Shown here: piece by piece, positions 28,480-40,419 of the stretch
Layout: every line of letters starts with the position of its first letter
Position numbering within the stretch: position 1 is the first letter of the stretch
From: Cycloclasticus sp.
Lineage (GTDB): Bacteria; Pseudomonadota; Gammaproteobacteria; Methylococcales; Cycloclasticaceae
Length of the DNA stretch: 64,000 nucleotides
Reading direction: 5' to 3'
Assembly (NCBI GenBank): GCA_012959695.1
Contig: DUCS01000009.1
Coordinates: 72,016 to 136,015 of the forward strand
The notes under the pieces: generated by a model
Databases searched by the model: none
Told to the model about the DNA's origin: nothing
Seen by the model: only the letters and a program-made list of their open reading frames with translations
Made by a program: the position numbers and the translations under genes

Positions 28480-28740
28480 CTAAATATAATGATGACTGGC
28501 TGCGAACTGCTCGTAGTCGCGATGTAACTCCTCGGCGTGTTTCAAATCATTTGAACCCTCTGCGCGTTCAATACTGTCTAAAAGATACTTCATCATTAGC
28601 CGACATCCCTTTGGTGATTCAGCCAATTGGTGGCCTCGAGCACACGCCTCCATTGGTGGTAAATGCTCAGCCTCTTCAACTGATAATATTTCTTCGTCCG
28701 TTAAGCCGCTCATGTCTACACAATCTTCTAAAGTAATCAT
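28480..28740 (-). CDS. Conserved hypothetical protein
   Basis: AAGGAG lies 6 nt before ATG 28740. MITLEDCVDMSGLTDEEI..EHLP pattern. Confidence 0.7.
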   Translation of the reverse strand: MITLEDCVDMSGLTDEEILSVEEAEHLPPMEACARGHQLAESPKGCRLMMKYLLDSIERAEGSNDLKHAEELHRDYEQFAASHHYI

Positions 28741-28912
28741 CACCATCTCCTTTTTAATATTGTTGGTTGCACCGCTTTGAATCATTCAACATCAATCTTG
28801 CATAATTTTGAACCGATTCAGACCGTTAACTATTTTCTTATTTAGCTACTTGATTGAAAAATAACGATTTATCCATCCGGCTAAAGAAACTAGTCATGTA
28901 CATTCACTTAGA

Positions 28913-28928
28913 AGCATAAGTTATGCCA
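28913..28928 (-). promoter_or_regulatory. Candidate sigma-54 (-24/-12) promoter overlapping a palindrome
   Basis: TGGCATAACTTATGCT is GG-N10-GC and contains the inverted repeat GCATAA-G-TTATGC. Confidence 0.5.
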
Positions 28929-29006
28929 CTTTGAAATTCTGAGTGAATGATCTCGTTTATATTGCAACAGTAACGACGAGAAGCCGACGTTTAGATTAAT
29001 GACAAC

Positions 29007-29330
29007 TTAAAAAATCGATGGTTTTTCGCCTGAACCATTTATTTTTGCCCAAGCACTTAATTCCTGACGATTAAAATAAAGTCCCGATAACTGCATTGGC
29101 CGCTGTGTTTTACAAGACCAACCACTTTGCGCAAACACCTCGCCTGTTTGATAATGCCCTATATTAGCCAATAACAAGGCGCGCATCTTTTCGACGTGTT
29201 CGGGTGGTTTTGCATTAGCCGATATAGGCTCATCCCAAGGTTCTATGTTGCACATGAGAAAAGCTGCTTGCCAAACGGTTAACACCTCAATATCAGACCA
29301 GTATTCATCATCAACAGACTCGAGGAACAT
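29007..29330 (-). CDS. Hypothetical protein
   Basis: 107 aa ORF starting 5 nt after the acyl-CoA ligase stop. W..IEVLTVWQAAFL...EP and ELSAWA patterns. Confidence 0.65.
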   Translation of the reverse strand: MFLESVDDEYWSDIEVLTVWQAAFLMCNIEPWDEPISANAKPPEHVEKMRALLLANIGHYQTGEVFAQSGWSCKTQRPMQLSGLYFNRQELSAWAKINGSGEKPSIF

Positions 29331-29335
29331 AATAG

Positions 29336-30877
29336 TTACGTTATTCCCCGCTCTACTTCACCTTGTTTATTCAGTACGCGCTTGACGATTTTTCCTGCAC
29401 CATTTTTTGGAAGCTCGTCCATAAATACAACTTTTCTGGGCACTTCATAACTACCTAAGTGTTGACGACACCAGCTTCTAATATCAGCCGAATCTGCAGT
29501 TGCCCCTTCTTTCAAGACAATGTAAGCAACGGGGATTTCGCCATGAAGTTTATCAATATGGCCAATAACCGCTGCTTCTAAAACGAGGTCATAGCGATAA
29601 AGCACTTCTTCAATGATGCGCGGATATACATTCATTCCATTCACAATAACCATGTCTTTTTTACGGTCTAAAATACTAAAGTAGCCATCCTCGTCTTCAT
29701 TACCTAGGTCACCTGTTAAGAACCAACCATCGTGAAAAGATTCTGTCGTTGCTTCGTCCAAGTTCCAATACCCTTTCATAACACTGGGGCCTCGCACAGC
29801 GATTTCTCCGATGTCACCTAATGGCACTTCGTTACCTTGCTCATCGAGTATTTTCATTTCAACGTTGGGAACCGGCAAGCCAACGGTACCAATTTTTCTA
29901 ATGCCACCTATTGGGTTTACACACGTCACAGGCGAACACTCCGTTGGCCCATCTCCTTCGTATATGCCTACGTTAAATTTTTCTTCGAAACGCTTCATCA
30001 CATCAACAGGCATAGACGCCCCACCAGATATACAGAGCTTTATTGAATCAAAACGATGCGTTTTTTCATCTTTAGTATTCAATAATACGTTGTACATACT
30101 CGGCACACCCAAGAAAATGGTCGCCTGCGTTTGATCTATAATTGATAGTAAGTTATCAGGCTCAAATTTAGCAATCGGCACAAAACTGCAACCGTGGGTA
30201 AGAGGTGTCAGCATGCCGACTGTCGCGGCAAATGCATGAAACATAGGCAATACTAATGCAACTATATCTTTGCCTGCTTGCCATTTCATCGCGCGGAACA
30301 CGCTGGCTGTATTCGACACTAAATTAGTATGAGTGAGCATTGCACCTTTTGGATGACCGGTCGTTCCAGAGGTATACAAAATAGCGACTAAATCATTGTC
30401 CGCATCTATTTCTATCGGTGGCAACACCCCATCATTTTTAAACGCTGAATCCCAAGCAACAGATTGCTCAGCATCGTTGCTGATGCGGAGTTCAAATACA
30501 CTGATATTTAATTCGGGTACGGCTTCATCGACCTGCGCTTGAAATAATTCATGATAAATGAGCCCTGAAATACCCGCATTGTTCATTACATAGGTAATTT
30601 CTGACGGCTTTTGTAACAAATTGATTGGCACTACGGCTGCGCCCGTTTTTACAATCCCCATGTACGCAATTGCAAATTGCACACTATTGATACAGTACAA
30701 AGCAATCCTATCGCCTTTCTTAACACCTTTTTCTAGCAAGCCAACAGCACACTTATCCGACGCTATTTTCAGGTCTAAAAATGAGTGTGACGCCCTGTTT
30801 TCTATAACCGCAGCTGCGTCAGCGTATTTATTAGCCACGTGATTGAACGCGTCAATTAATGATCCCTTACTTGTCAT
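29336..30877 (-). CDS. Long-chain fatty acid--CoA ligase (AMP-binding)
   Basis: ILYTSGTTGHPKG, EGDGPTE, GEIAVRGPSVMKGYW, TGDLG, DRKKDM and LPKNGAGKI. Confidence 0.93.
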   Translation of the reverse strand: MTSKGSLIDAFNHVANKYADAAAVIENRASHSFLDLKIASDKCAVGLLEKGVKKGDRIALYCINSVQFAIAYMGIVKTGAAVVPINLLQKPSEITYVMNNAGISGLIYHELFQAQVDEAVPELNISVFELRISNDAEQSVAWDSAFKNDGVLPPIEIDADNDLVAILYTSGTTGHPKGAMLTHTNLVSNTASVFRAMKWQAGKDIVALVLPMFHAFAATVGMLTPLTHGCSFVPIAKFEPDNLLSIIDQTQATIFLGVPSMYNVLLNTKDEKTHRFDSIKLCISGGASMPVDVMKRFEEKFNVGIYEGDGPTECSPVTCVNPIGGIRKIGTVGLPVPNVEMKILDEQGNEVPLGDIGEIAVRGPSVMKGYWNLDEATTESFHDGWFLTGDLGNEDEDGYFSILDRKKDMVIVNGMNVYPRIIEEVLYRYDLVLEAAVIGHIDKLHGEIPVAYIVLKEGATADSADIRSWCRQHLGSYEVPRKVVFMDELPKNGAGKIVKRVLNKQGEVERGIT

Positions 30878-30916
30878 TTAGTCTCTCGCTTTGATCTTGT
30901 TTAGACAACATATCAC

Positions 30917-31621
30917 TTACATCAGAGTGAGTGAAGAAACACAGTCTCGCAATTCAACTTTTAACCGGTGCAATCGTTGAAACGATTCACCTTCAAGCAA
31001 CGTTGTAACTTGTTCCATTTGCTTATGTGTCGTCGTCAATTCGTTAATTTTCAGAATAAATTTTCTCACATTGGCATGCGAATCTTTAATACATTTTGTC
31101 AGATAATCGCGTTGAATAATGTGATACATCATCACGAGAATCTCAAATTCATCAAGCGTTGATTTATCGGTAAGGTCCGGCTCTTCAATAATAGGTAATG
31201 AAGGAAATTGTTGGATTAATTCTTGAGTAAAAACACCATTCTCACCGTGCTTCAATATATCGCCTAACGGCGATTTAACAGTGACCGAATGAACGCCACA
31301 ACTGGGTGAGCGAGGAGTTAAAACGTAGCCCGATAAGTAAGCTAACGTCGATACTTTATGACCTGAGAACGTTGTTAAGCGATGGGTAACATCTAAAGAT
31401 TTATCGTCTCGGCCCTTAATAAACAAATCATTGGTGTCTTGAATAAGTTCAATAGCCGGACGCGGAATAGTTAACCCAGCTTCAACTTCAGGGCAAACAG
31501 GAACTAATTTATAATATGAAGCGAGCTGTTCGCAGCAGATACTTGAATACTTGTTTTTACCATCGTATCTAACCTCGTCACCCAACAAACAACGACTGAT
31601 GCCAATGCTTATATGGACCAA
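30917..31621 (-). CDS. DUF523 family protein (TudS 2-thiouracil desulfidase-like)
   Basis: SRCLLGDEVRYDG, VCPEVEAGL and SPSCG Fe-S cysteine motifs. Confidence 0.85.
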   Translation of the reverse strand: MVHISIGISRCLLGDEVRYDGKNKYSSICCEQLASYYKLVPVCPEVEAGLTIPRPAIELIQDTNDLFIKGRDDKSLDVTHRLTTFSGHKVSTLAYLSGYVLTPRSPSCGVHSVTVKSPLGDILKHGENGVFTQELIQQFPSLPIIEEPDLTDKSTLDEFEILVMMYHIIQRDYLTKCIKDSHANVRKFILKINELTTTHKQMEQVTTLLEGESFQRLHRLKVELRDCVSSLTLM

Positions 31622-31645
31622 GATACGTGCAAGAACGCTTAAGGA

Positions 31646-32026
31646 CTACTCAGAAAAAACAACCGCTGTACCGCTGACAAAAACGCCAAAGGCACATTTT
31701 TCACTTAAATCGGGGTGCTTTCCATAACCCGTTGACATCTCAATAATGCCATTGCCACCCATGTCGTCAGCTTTTTTCTTGAGCATCACGATAACGTGTT
31801 CTCTAACAATTTTTTCACCATTCTTCGAACTACTACATGCGGCATGCTCAACCGTTCCTAAGCGCTCTACAATTGCCGCCATATCAGCCGGTTCTCCAGA
31901 CGCATAAGCAGGAAAGTCTTGAGAATGGTCTTCCATATCGATACGAACCACGTCAAAAAACAACATTGATGAAACACCGAATAAAATGAAAAAAGCGATA
32001 ATTATTTTTATAGTTGTTGATGTCAT
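31646..32026 (-). CDS. Membrane-anchored hypothetical protein, possible RcsF/YbjQ-like fold
   Basis: N-terminal TM segment; LGTVEHAAC...MLKKKADDMGGNGII...C...VSGTAV. Confidence 0.6.
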   Translation of the reverse strand: MTSTTIKIIIAFFILFGVSSMLFFDVVRIDMEDHSQDFPAYASGEPADMAAIVERLGTVEHAACSSSKNGEKIVREHVIVMLKKKADDMGGNGIIEMSTGYGKHPDLSEKCAFGVFVSGTAVVFSE

Positions 32027-32123
32027 TTCTAGTAATCTATTGTGGTTAATGTTTTATTGTCTATTATCGAGTGTAATTTATGAGGCTTTGATGCTGTTCA
32101 TTGCAAAAAGTTCAGACCATCTG

Positions 32124-32513
32124 TCATTTAACAATTTTTAAAACCGGTTTTTGACTCTTTTTTGTTGATTTAGGAGCATCGGGCTCTGGCGGCATATCAT
32201 CTTCAAAGCGTTCATCAAACATCATTCCCTTGCCATTTTCTTTAGCATAAGCGGCTAAGACCGCATTAATAGGAATATACAGGTTCTCTGACCTACCCGA
32301 AAACCTAGCTGAAAATGATATCGAATCATTATCTAAAGTCCAGTCCTGAATTGCATCAGGGTGCGTATTTAAAATAATTTTGTTATCCGAAATATACGAT
32401 GACGGCACTTCCACACCATCAAATTTTGCATCAATTAACAGATACGGCGTTTGACCGTTATCGATGATCCATTCGTGTAAGGCACGTACTAAGTAGGGCT
32501 TTAGTGGCGTCAT
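32124..32513 (-). CDS. sspB: ClpXP adaptor SspB
   Basis: PYLVRALHEWIIDNGQTPYL, FSARFSG, YAKENGKGMMF and C-terminal PVLKIVK. Confidence 0.96.
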   Translation of the reverse strand: MTPLKPYLVRALHEWIIDNGQTPYLLIDAKFDGVEVPSSYISDNKIILNTHPDAIQDWTLDNDSISFSARFSGRSENLYIPINAVLAAYAKENGKGMMFDERFEDDMPPEPDAPKSTKKSQKPVLKIVK

Positions 32514-32523
32514 TACGTGATAT

Positions 32524-33171
32524 TTATGATGCCATCAACAAGTAACTTTCGAGCATATCTTGCTCTTCTTTACTCATGCTTTCTTGAAATGTTTCACGCG
32601 ATGTTACGCGCTCAATATATTCTGTTATTACTTTGGCCTCTTTTGGTAATTCAATACCATAAAATGGAAGACGCCAAAGTAACGGCGCTAAAACACCGTC
32701 CACAAGTGTGAAGTCATCACTTAGAAAGTGTTTATGGGCTTCAAATAAGGGTAATGCTGCTATTAAGTTTTCTCGAAGTAATTTCTTTGCCTTGGCTGCC
32801 TTTTTCTCACCCGCATTAATAACATCATCTAAAAGTGTGTACCAATCTTGGTCTATACGATGAATAAGTAGGCGTGAACGCGCTCTCGACACAGGGTCAA
32901 TCGGGTACAACGGTGGATGAGGGAATCGTTCATCTAAATATTCCATAATAATTCTAGAGTTAAATAACGCTAAGTCTCTATCAATCAATATCGGCAATGT
33001 TCCATATGGATTCAATTCTTGCAAATCTTCTGGGAGCTCAGCGCTGTCAATGTATTCAATATCCGCAGATGCGCTTTTCTCACATAAGATAAAACGAGTC
33101 CGGTGGCTGTAATGACACATTGGATCAGCAAAGAGTGTCATGATTGATTTTCGATTTAGTGCATTTATCAT
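32524..33171 (-). CDS. sspA: Stringent starvation protein A
   Basis: LNPYGTLPILIDRDL and IMEYLDERFPHPPL. Synteny petC-sspA-sspB. Confidence 0.95.
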   Translation of the reverse strand: MINALNRKSIMTLFADPMCHYSHRTRFILCEKSASADIEYIDSAELPEDLQELNPYGTLPILIDRDLALFNSRIIMEYLDERFPHPPLYPIDPVSRARSRLLIHRIDQDWYTLLDDVINAGEKKAAKAKKLLRENLIAALPLFEAHKHFLSDDFTLVDGVLAPLLWRLPFYGIELPKEAKVITEYIERVTSRETFQESMSKEEQDMLESYLLMAS

Positions 33172-33195
33172 ATTTTTGTCCAGTTTTTAAAATGT

Positions 33196-33227
33196 AAAAA
33201 GAGCTTTGTATCTTGACACAAAGCTCT
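33196..33227 (-). terminator. Terminator after petABC
   Basis: Stem GAGCTTTGT/ACAAAGCTC, with an A run on the plus strand that is a T tail on the minus strand. Confidence 0.65.
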
Positions 33228-33251
33228 CCAGGCTTAAAACACTACTCAGTT

Positions 33252-33986
33252 TTAATGTATATCTTTCCAGTATTCTTTTTTCAAGAGGTAAAAAATACCC
33301 AGCATTAGCAATATAAATACAAGCACTTTCCAGCCTAATCGTTGGCGTTCCATTTTTGCAGGCTCACCCATATAGGTCATGAAGTTAACTAAATCATCCA
33401 TCGCTTTATCATACTCACGCTCAGTCATACGACCAGGTTCTGCAATTTCTAAATGATCTATTACTCTTTTTACGCCCCCGCCTGCAGTTTCAACGTCTTT
33501 ATACACGGCGCGTTGCAAACCTTGTAAATCTGCTAATACGTGTGGCATACCTACTTTAGGGAATAACGTGTTATCTACACCAAAGGGGCGCTCTTCATCA
33601 ATGTAAAAGCTTTTAAGGTACGTATACAACCAATCCGGGCCACGTGAACGAGCAATCAGTGATAAGTCTGGCGGATTAACACCAAACCATTTTTCTGCAT
33701 CTTTGGCGCGCATAGAGATGGTCATGCCATCAAATATTTTTTCACCGGTAAACATCAAATTTAATTCAACTAACTCTGGTGCAATGTCTAAGTCTTGCGC
33801 CATTCTTGAGTATCTGAGCTGTTTGGCTGAATGACAACTCAAACAGTAGTTTACAAAATACTTTGCTCCACGTTGTAAAGACGCTTTGTTACTTAAGTCA
33901 ATGGTTGCTGACTCAAGCTCATGCCCACTGGACGCATAAGAATGAGACGACAATAACAACAGTATGCTTAATATTAATGTCCTCAT
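33252..33986 (-). CDS. petC: Cytochrome c1
   Basis: CLSCH heme motif, PPDLSLIARSRG and a C-terminal TM segment. Confidence 0.97.
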   Translation of the reverse strand: MRTLILSILLLLSSHSYASSGHELESATIDLSNKASLQRGAKYFVNYCLSCHSAKQLRYSRMAQDLDIAPELVELNLMFTGEKIFDGMTISMRAKDAEKWFGVNPPDLSLIARSRGPDWLYTYLKSFYIDEERPFGVDNTLFPKVGMPHVLADLQGLQRAVYKDVETAGGGVKRVIDHLEIAEPGRMTEREYDKAMDDLVNFMTYMGEPAKMERQRLGWKVLVFILLMLGIFYLLKKEYWKDIH

Positions 33987-35209
33987 TTCTCTTCCACCCT
34001 TTCTGGCACATACTTATCTTGCATCAGATTCGAGTACCACGGCATCAACAAGAAGAACGCAAAGTATACGATTGAAAATAACCTTGAAAAGAACGTGCCT
34101 ACCGGTGAAACGGGCTGCATGCCAAAGTAGCCCAAGCCAACAAAGCTAATAACAAATGCTACGATAGCTGCTTTAAATACGGGGCCTCTATAACGTATAG
34201 ATTTATTCACCCCTCTATCCAGCCAAGGCAATAAGAACAGCACAATAATCGCGCCAGCCATTGCAACCACCCCTAAGAACTTATCTGGGACAGCCCTTAA
34301 CACTGCATAGAATGGCGTAAAGTACCAAACTGGCGCAATGTGATCAGGTGTTTTTAATGGATTGGCTGGAACAAAATTAGCGTGTTCTAAGAAGTAGCCA
34401 CCCATTTCTGGCATGTAGAAAATAATCAACGCAAAGATAAAGAGAAACACTGCAACACCCACTAAATCTTTCACGGAGTAATAGGGGTGGAATGGAATAC
34501 CATCCAACGGTATGCCTTTTGCGTCTTTATGTTTCTTAATTTCAATACCTTCGGGATTATTAGAACCCACCGCATGCAACGCGACAATATGCATAAACAC
34601 TAAGATAACCAAGACCAAAGGAATGGCAATCACATGAAAAGCAAAGAACCGGTTAAGGGTCGCATCAGAAATAACATAATCGCCACGCAACCATAGCGCC
34701 AAGTCTTCACCTACATATGGAATCGCTCCAAACAAAGACACAATCACTTGCGCGCCCCAGTATGACATTTGACCCCAAGGTAGCAAATAACCCATAAAAG
34801 CTTCTGCCATCAACGCAACATAAATAATCATGCCGAAAATCCAGACTAATTCACGTGGTTTTTTAAATGAACCGTAAATTAGACCTCGAAACATGTGTAA
34901 GTACACCACCACAAAAAAGGCGGATGCGCCTGTTGAATGCATGTACCGTATTAACCAGCCCCAATCGACATCACGCATGATGTATTCAACTGAATCAAAC
35001 GCTAATTTTGCATCCGGTTTGTAGTGTATGGTTAAGAAGATGCCGGTGATAATTTGGTTAACCAGCACCAACATTGCTAAGGAACCGAAATAATACATCC
35101 AATTAAAATTCTTCGGCGCATAGTATTCAGCGAGATGCTCATTCCATACTTTACTTAAAGGGAAACGGTCATCCATCCAACCTAATGCATTTTTCAACAT
35201 GCCACTCAT
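33983..35209 (-). CDS. petB: Cytochrome b
   Basis: GWLIRYMHSTGAS, GYLLPWGQMSYWG, TLNRFFAFH and HIAPVWYF. Confidence 0.98.
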   Translation of the reverse strand: MSGMLKNALGWMDDRFPLSKVWNEHLAEYYAPKNFNWMYYFGSLAMLVLVNQIITGIFLTIHYKPDAKLAFDSVEYIMRDVDWGWLIRYMHSTGASAFFVVVYLHMFRGLIYGSFKKPRELVWIFGMIIYVALMAEAFMGYLLPWGQMSYWGAQVIVSLFGAIPYVGEDLALWLRGDYVISDATLNRFFAFHVIAIPLVLVILVFMHIVALHAVGSNNPEGIEIKKHKDAKGIPLDGIPFHPYYSVKDLVGVAVFLFIFALIIFYMPEMGGYFLEHANFVPANPLKTPDHIAPVWYFTPFYAVLRAVPDKFLGVVAMAGAIIVLFLLPWLDRGVNKSIRYRGPVFKAAIVAFVISFVGLGYFGMQPVSPVGTFFSRLFSIVYFAFFLLMPWYSNLMQDKYVPERVEEK

Positions 35210-35793
35210 TATGCTTGCCCCCCAATTAAAATCCTTGTATCTGTTAAATATTTATGAGGCGGTACAACCAAGTTTAACGGCGCAGGCACACCAGAATATA
35301 CGCGGCCAGAATAATCAAAAAGTGAGCCATGACAAGGACAAAAGAAGCCCCCTTTCCAGTCTGGACCTAAATCTTCGGGCGCTACTTCTGGCCTAAAAGT
35401 TGGAGAACACCCCAAATGAGTACAAATGCCAACTGCTAGGAATACTTCTGGATTAATTGAGCGACCAACATTTTTGCATGACTCAGGCTGCTCAGACTCA
35501 TTAGAGTCCGGATCACGTAGTTTTTCTGTGTCTGCAGCGATTTGTGCCAACACATCATTGCTACGTTTTAAAATCCAAACAGGTTTTCCTCGCCACTCAA
35601 CGCGTATTAACTGGCCTTCCTCTAATTTGGAAATATCAGCTTCAACAGGAGCACCCGCAGCTTTCGCTCTATCACTTGGCATCATCGATGCTAAAAACGG
35701 CACTGCAACATAAGCAGCACCCACACCGGTTACTGCCGTAGCTGATGCTGTTAAAAAAAGACGTCTGCGCTTATCTACTACATGGTCGCTCAT
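35209..35793 (-). CDS. petA: Ubiquinol-cytochrome c reductase Rieske subunit
   Basis: Tat RRLFL, CTHLGCSP and CPCHGS. Confidence 0.98.
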   Translation of the reverse strand: MSDHVVDKRRRLFLTASATAVTGVGAAYVAVPFLASMMPSDRAKAAGAPVEADISKLEEGQLIRVEWRGKPVWILKRSNDVLAQIAADTEKLRDPDSNESEQPESCKNVGRSINPEVFLAVGICTHLGCSPTFRPEVAPEDLGPDWKGGFFCPCHGSLFDYSGRVYSGVPAPLNLVVPPHKYLTDTRILIGGQA

Positions 35794-35941
35794 CTAACTC
35801 TCCGTAAAATCATGGCAAATAACTAACGCTATATAAGCCTTAGTTATTAATTTTCGAGATTTTAACATGTTTTTATTAGTAAAGTGCCTGCTAATACATA
35901 GCCAGCACCTTCACTTTACCGCCGAAAAATTCGGTTTAGAT

Positions 35942-37018
35942 TTAAGAGTGGTAGATAGATGCAAATGCGCCAAGAAACAATGAGTTTTCCTCGTGAGAAC
36001 CAACCGTTACACGCAAACATTCTGTTGGAAGTCCCTGCACAGCACCCATTTTTTTAATCAAAATACCCGCGTCTTTAAGTTCATTAAACACGCGTTCCGC
36101 AGAATCCGCCAATAAGGAAAATAAAATAAAATTGGCCTTGCTTGGAAATACTAGAACCCCAGCGAACGTCGATAATTTTTTTAATAACGCCTCTCGTTGT
36201 TCACAAATCAAGACTGCTTGAGCATTCAGTACATCAATGTGCTTAAACGCAAAGTTAGCGGTTAACTGAGTAAAAACATTGATATTGTACGGCAACCTGA
36301 TCTTTTCAAGCTGACTGGTTAAGCTATTATGCCCTACTAAAAATCCAAGCCGTAAGCCTGCAAGCCCAAGCTTTGAGACGGTTCGCATGATAAGCACATT
36401 TTCAAACTGCTGCGCTTTAGCCATATAAGTTTTCATCGCAAAAGGTTGATACGCCTCGTCAATCACCACGATGCCATCGGTCGTATCAATGATTGACTCC
36501 ACGTCATCATCATCAAATAAATTAGCCGTAGGATTATTTGGATAGGCCAAAAATATAACGGCAGGGTTATGCGCATTGATTGCCTCAAGCATCGCTGGCA
36601 TATCTAGACTAAAATCCTCGCTTAACGGTACGCCAACAAACTTTACGCCTAATGAGCGCGCAATGTGTTGGTACATGACAAAACTCGGCATCGGCGCCAT
36701 CACGCACGAGCCGTTTTTCATGGCCATGACTATAAGTTGTATTAATTCATCCGAACCATTACCTAAAATAACACCCAAACTTGAATCAATATCAAAACAA
36801 TCGCGCAAGCCTTCGACAAGCTCTTTAGCGGCAGGATCTGGATAACGATTTGGTTCTGCTTTGGACAGCAGACCCAGCCATTCTTGTTTCATCTCTTCTG
36901 GCCATGAAAATGGGTTTTCCATCGCGTCCAGTTTCACCAAGCCTGCTGATTCTGGCACGTAATACGCAGCCATGTCTTTAATTTCTGGACGAATTAAATC
37001 CTGTAATTTTTTACTCAT
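35942..37018 (-). CDS. hisC: Histidinol-phosphate aminotransferase
   Basis: KLDAMENP, NRYPDP, GNGSDELI, PNNPT, DEAY and RTVSKLGLAGLRLG. Confidence 0.96.
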   Translation of the reverse strand: MSKKLQDLIRPEIKDMAAYYVPESAGLVKLDAMENPFSWPEEMKQEWLGLLSKAEPNRYPDPAAKELVEGLRDCFDIDSSLGVILGNGSDELIQLIVMAMKNGSCVMAPMPSFVMYQHIARSLGVKFVGVPLSEDFSLDMPAMLEAINAHNPAVIFLAYPNNPTANLFDDDDVESIIDTTDGIVVIDEAYQPFAMKTYMAKAQQFENVLIMRTVSKLGLAGLRLGFLVGHNSLTSQLEKIRLPYNINVFTQLTANFAFKHIDVLNAQAVLICEQREALLKKLSTFAGVLVFPSKANFILFSLLADSAERVFNELKDAGILIKKMGAVQGLPTECLRVTVGSHEENSLFLGAFASIYHS

Positions 37019-38313
37019 TATTTTAGTTTTCTGTATTCAGCAGATCTTGCGTGCGCAGTCAGTGCCTCACCTCGCGCTAAAATAGATGCTGTGTCTACAA
37101 GCGCGGACGCACCTGATTGACTACAATTTATAATGCTCGTGCGCTTTTGGAAATCATAAACACCTAATGGCGATGAAAATCTAGCCGTTCCAGACGTCGG
37201 CAACACATGGTTAGGGCCAGCACAATAATCGCCCAGTGCTTCTGGTGTGTAGCGGCCAATAAAAATTGCCCCTGCCTGATTAATCTGGCTCGCCATTTGT
37301 TCGGCATCATCAACAGACAGTTCCAAATGTTCTGGAGCAACTCTATTCGCGATATCAACCGCTTCTTGCACAGTGTCGGCATATATAAAGCCGCCACGGC
37401 TACTTAATGACGCTTTAATAACCTCAGCACGTTCCATAGTTGGCAATAGTTTATCCATACTGTCTTTGACTTGGTTTATAAAGCCTTCATCCAATGATAT
37501 CAAAATCGACTGCGCGTTTTCGTCGTGCTCCGCCTGCGAAAATAAATCCATCGCAATCCAATCTGGGTTCGTTTTACCATCGCAAATAATCAGTATTTCA
37601 GATGGCCCCGCCACCATATCAATGCCAACACGACCAAACACCATTTTCTTTGCAGTGGCCACATAGATATTACCCGGCCCGACTATTTTATCTACCCTCG
37701 GCACCGTCTGCGTACCGTAGGCCAGTGCGGCTACCGCTTGCGCACCGCCAATTCTAAGCACTTTATCAACGCCTGCAAGCCAAGCTGCAGCCAACACTAA
37801 GTTGTTTAATTCGCCTTTCGGGGTTGGCGTGACCATAATAATATCAACAACCCCCGCCACCTTAGCGGGAATAACATTCATTAGCACCGATGACGGATAA
37901 GCGGCCTTACCACCTGGCACGTAAACACCCACGCGATCTAAGGCCGTTATTTTTTGGCCCAACGTATTACCAAACTCGTCTTCAAAATCCCACGACTCAA
38001 GTTTTTGATGTTCAGCATAAGCACGAATTCTATCTGAAGCTGTCTCCAACGCTGTTTTTTGCTCAACGGGGAGTTGCTCCCAAGCTGACTCTAATTGCTT
38101 AGCGTCAACCAACAAGTCCCCCGCCGAAGCGGCCCATTGGTCAAACGTTTGCGTATACGAGATAAGCGCCGCATCGCCACGCTGACGAACATCATCGATA
38201 ATGTCTGAGACCGTATCAGCAACAGATGCGTCCTCACTTGCATCCCAGTTTAACAACTCGTCCAGTGCCTGATTAAAACCTACACTGGCGGCCTTTAACG
38301 TGGTGACATCCAT
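37018..38313 (-). CDS. hisD: Histidinol dehydrogenase
   Basis: [29 protein letters not shown] and [13 protein letters not shown]. Confidence 0.98.
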   Translation of the reverse strand: MDVTTLKAASVGFNQALDELLNWDASEDASVADTVSDIIDDVRQRGDAALISYTQTFDQWAASAGDLLVDAKQLESAWEQLPVEQKTALETASDRIRAYAEHQKLESWDFEDEFGNTLGQKITALDRVGVYVPGGKAAYPSSVLMNVIPAKVAGVVDIIMVTPTPKGELNNLVLAAAWLAGVDKVLRIGGAQAVAALAYGTQTVPRVDKIVGPGNIYVATAKKMVFGRVGIDMVAGPSEILIICDGKTNPDWIAMDLFSQAEHDENAQSILISLDEGFINQVKDSMDKLLPTMERAEVIKASLSSRGGFIYADTVQEAVDIANRVAPEHLELSVDDAEQMASQINQAGAIFIGRYTPEALGDYCAGPNHVLPTSGTARFSSPLGVYDFQKRTSIINCSQSGASALVDTASILARGEALTAHARSAEYRKLK

Positions 38314-38316
38314 CGT

Positions 38317-38946
38317 TTAACGCCTACGTTCGACGGCAATTTCTAACTGTTTAATCAACGCTTTAATTTGCTGGTGCTTCATTTTCATTGAGGCTTTATT
38401 TATCACCAATCGAGAGCTGATATTCATAATAAGATCTAATGGCTCCATACCGTTTGCCTTCAAGGTATTACCGGTATCGACCAAGTCAACAATGCAATCT
38501 GCTAAGCCAACAATGGGCGCCAATTCCATCGAGCCGTACAATTTAATAATTTCGACTTGTTGACCTTTTTTAGCAAAGTATTGCTCAGTTAAGGAGACGT
38601 ATTTTGAAGCCACTCGTAGCTTCCCTTCAGGCAATTCTCGACCGGTGACCACGGCTGTCATTAAACGGCATTTAGCTATGTTCAAGTCTAACGGCTCATA
38701 CAGATTGTCGCTGTTGTGTTCAACCAGTGTATCTTTGCCAGTAATACCGACATCGGCCGCACCATACTCAACAAACGTTGGAACGTCGGTGGCACGAATA
38801 ATCACCAAATTAACTTTCCCGCAAATACTGGGGACAATTAATTTCCGTGTAACAGATAAGTCTTCAGACGGCTCAATACCCGCTTCGGCCAATAATGGCA
38901 ACGTGTCTTTTAAAATTCGACCTTTTGAAATGGCAATGGTTAACAT
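38317..38946 (-). CDS. hisG: ATP phosphoribosyltransferase, short form (HisZ-dependent)
   Basis: [28 protein letters not shown] and [13 protein letters not shown]. 209 aa with no C-terminal regulatory domain. Confidence 0.97.
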   Translation of the reverse strand: MLTIAISKGRILKDTLPLLAEAGIEPSEDLSVTRKLIVPSICGKVNLVIIRATDVPTFVEYGAADVGITGKDTLVEHNSDNLYEPLDLNIAKCRLMTAVVTGRELPEGKLRVASKYVSLTEQYFAKKGQQVEIIKLYGSMELAPIVGLADCIVDLVDTGNTLKANGMEPLDLIMNISSRLVINKASMKMKHQQIKALIKQLEIAVERRR

Positions 38947-38951
38947 AAGAA

Positions 38952-40217
<1,266 letters not shown>

Positions 40218-40419
40218 TTAAAAACAACCCAACATAATATGAATAAGAAGATTTGCTATTCTCCTTACCTTACTAATACACGTCAATCTGTACTTTGACT
40301 ATTTATAACCTGCTTACTCCAAAACAGCCGCACCATTTGAAGACGAATCCCCGTTAACAGCAACCAATCTATGCGACAATAAACACCGATTTTAGTACAA
40401 AGCAGTTTTTTATTAGCCT

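Noticed and set aside
35818-35919. Inverted repeats between hisC and petA (AATAACTAA/TTAGTTATT; GTAAAGTG/CACTTTAC)
   Set aside because: AT-rich or interrupted stems without a clear T tail or recognisable operator consensus, so a function cannot be supported.
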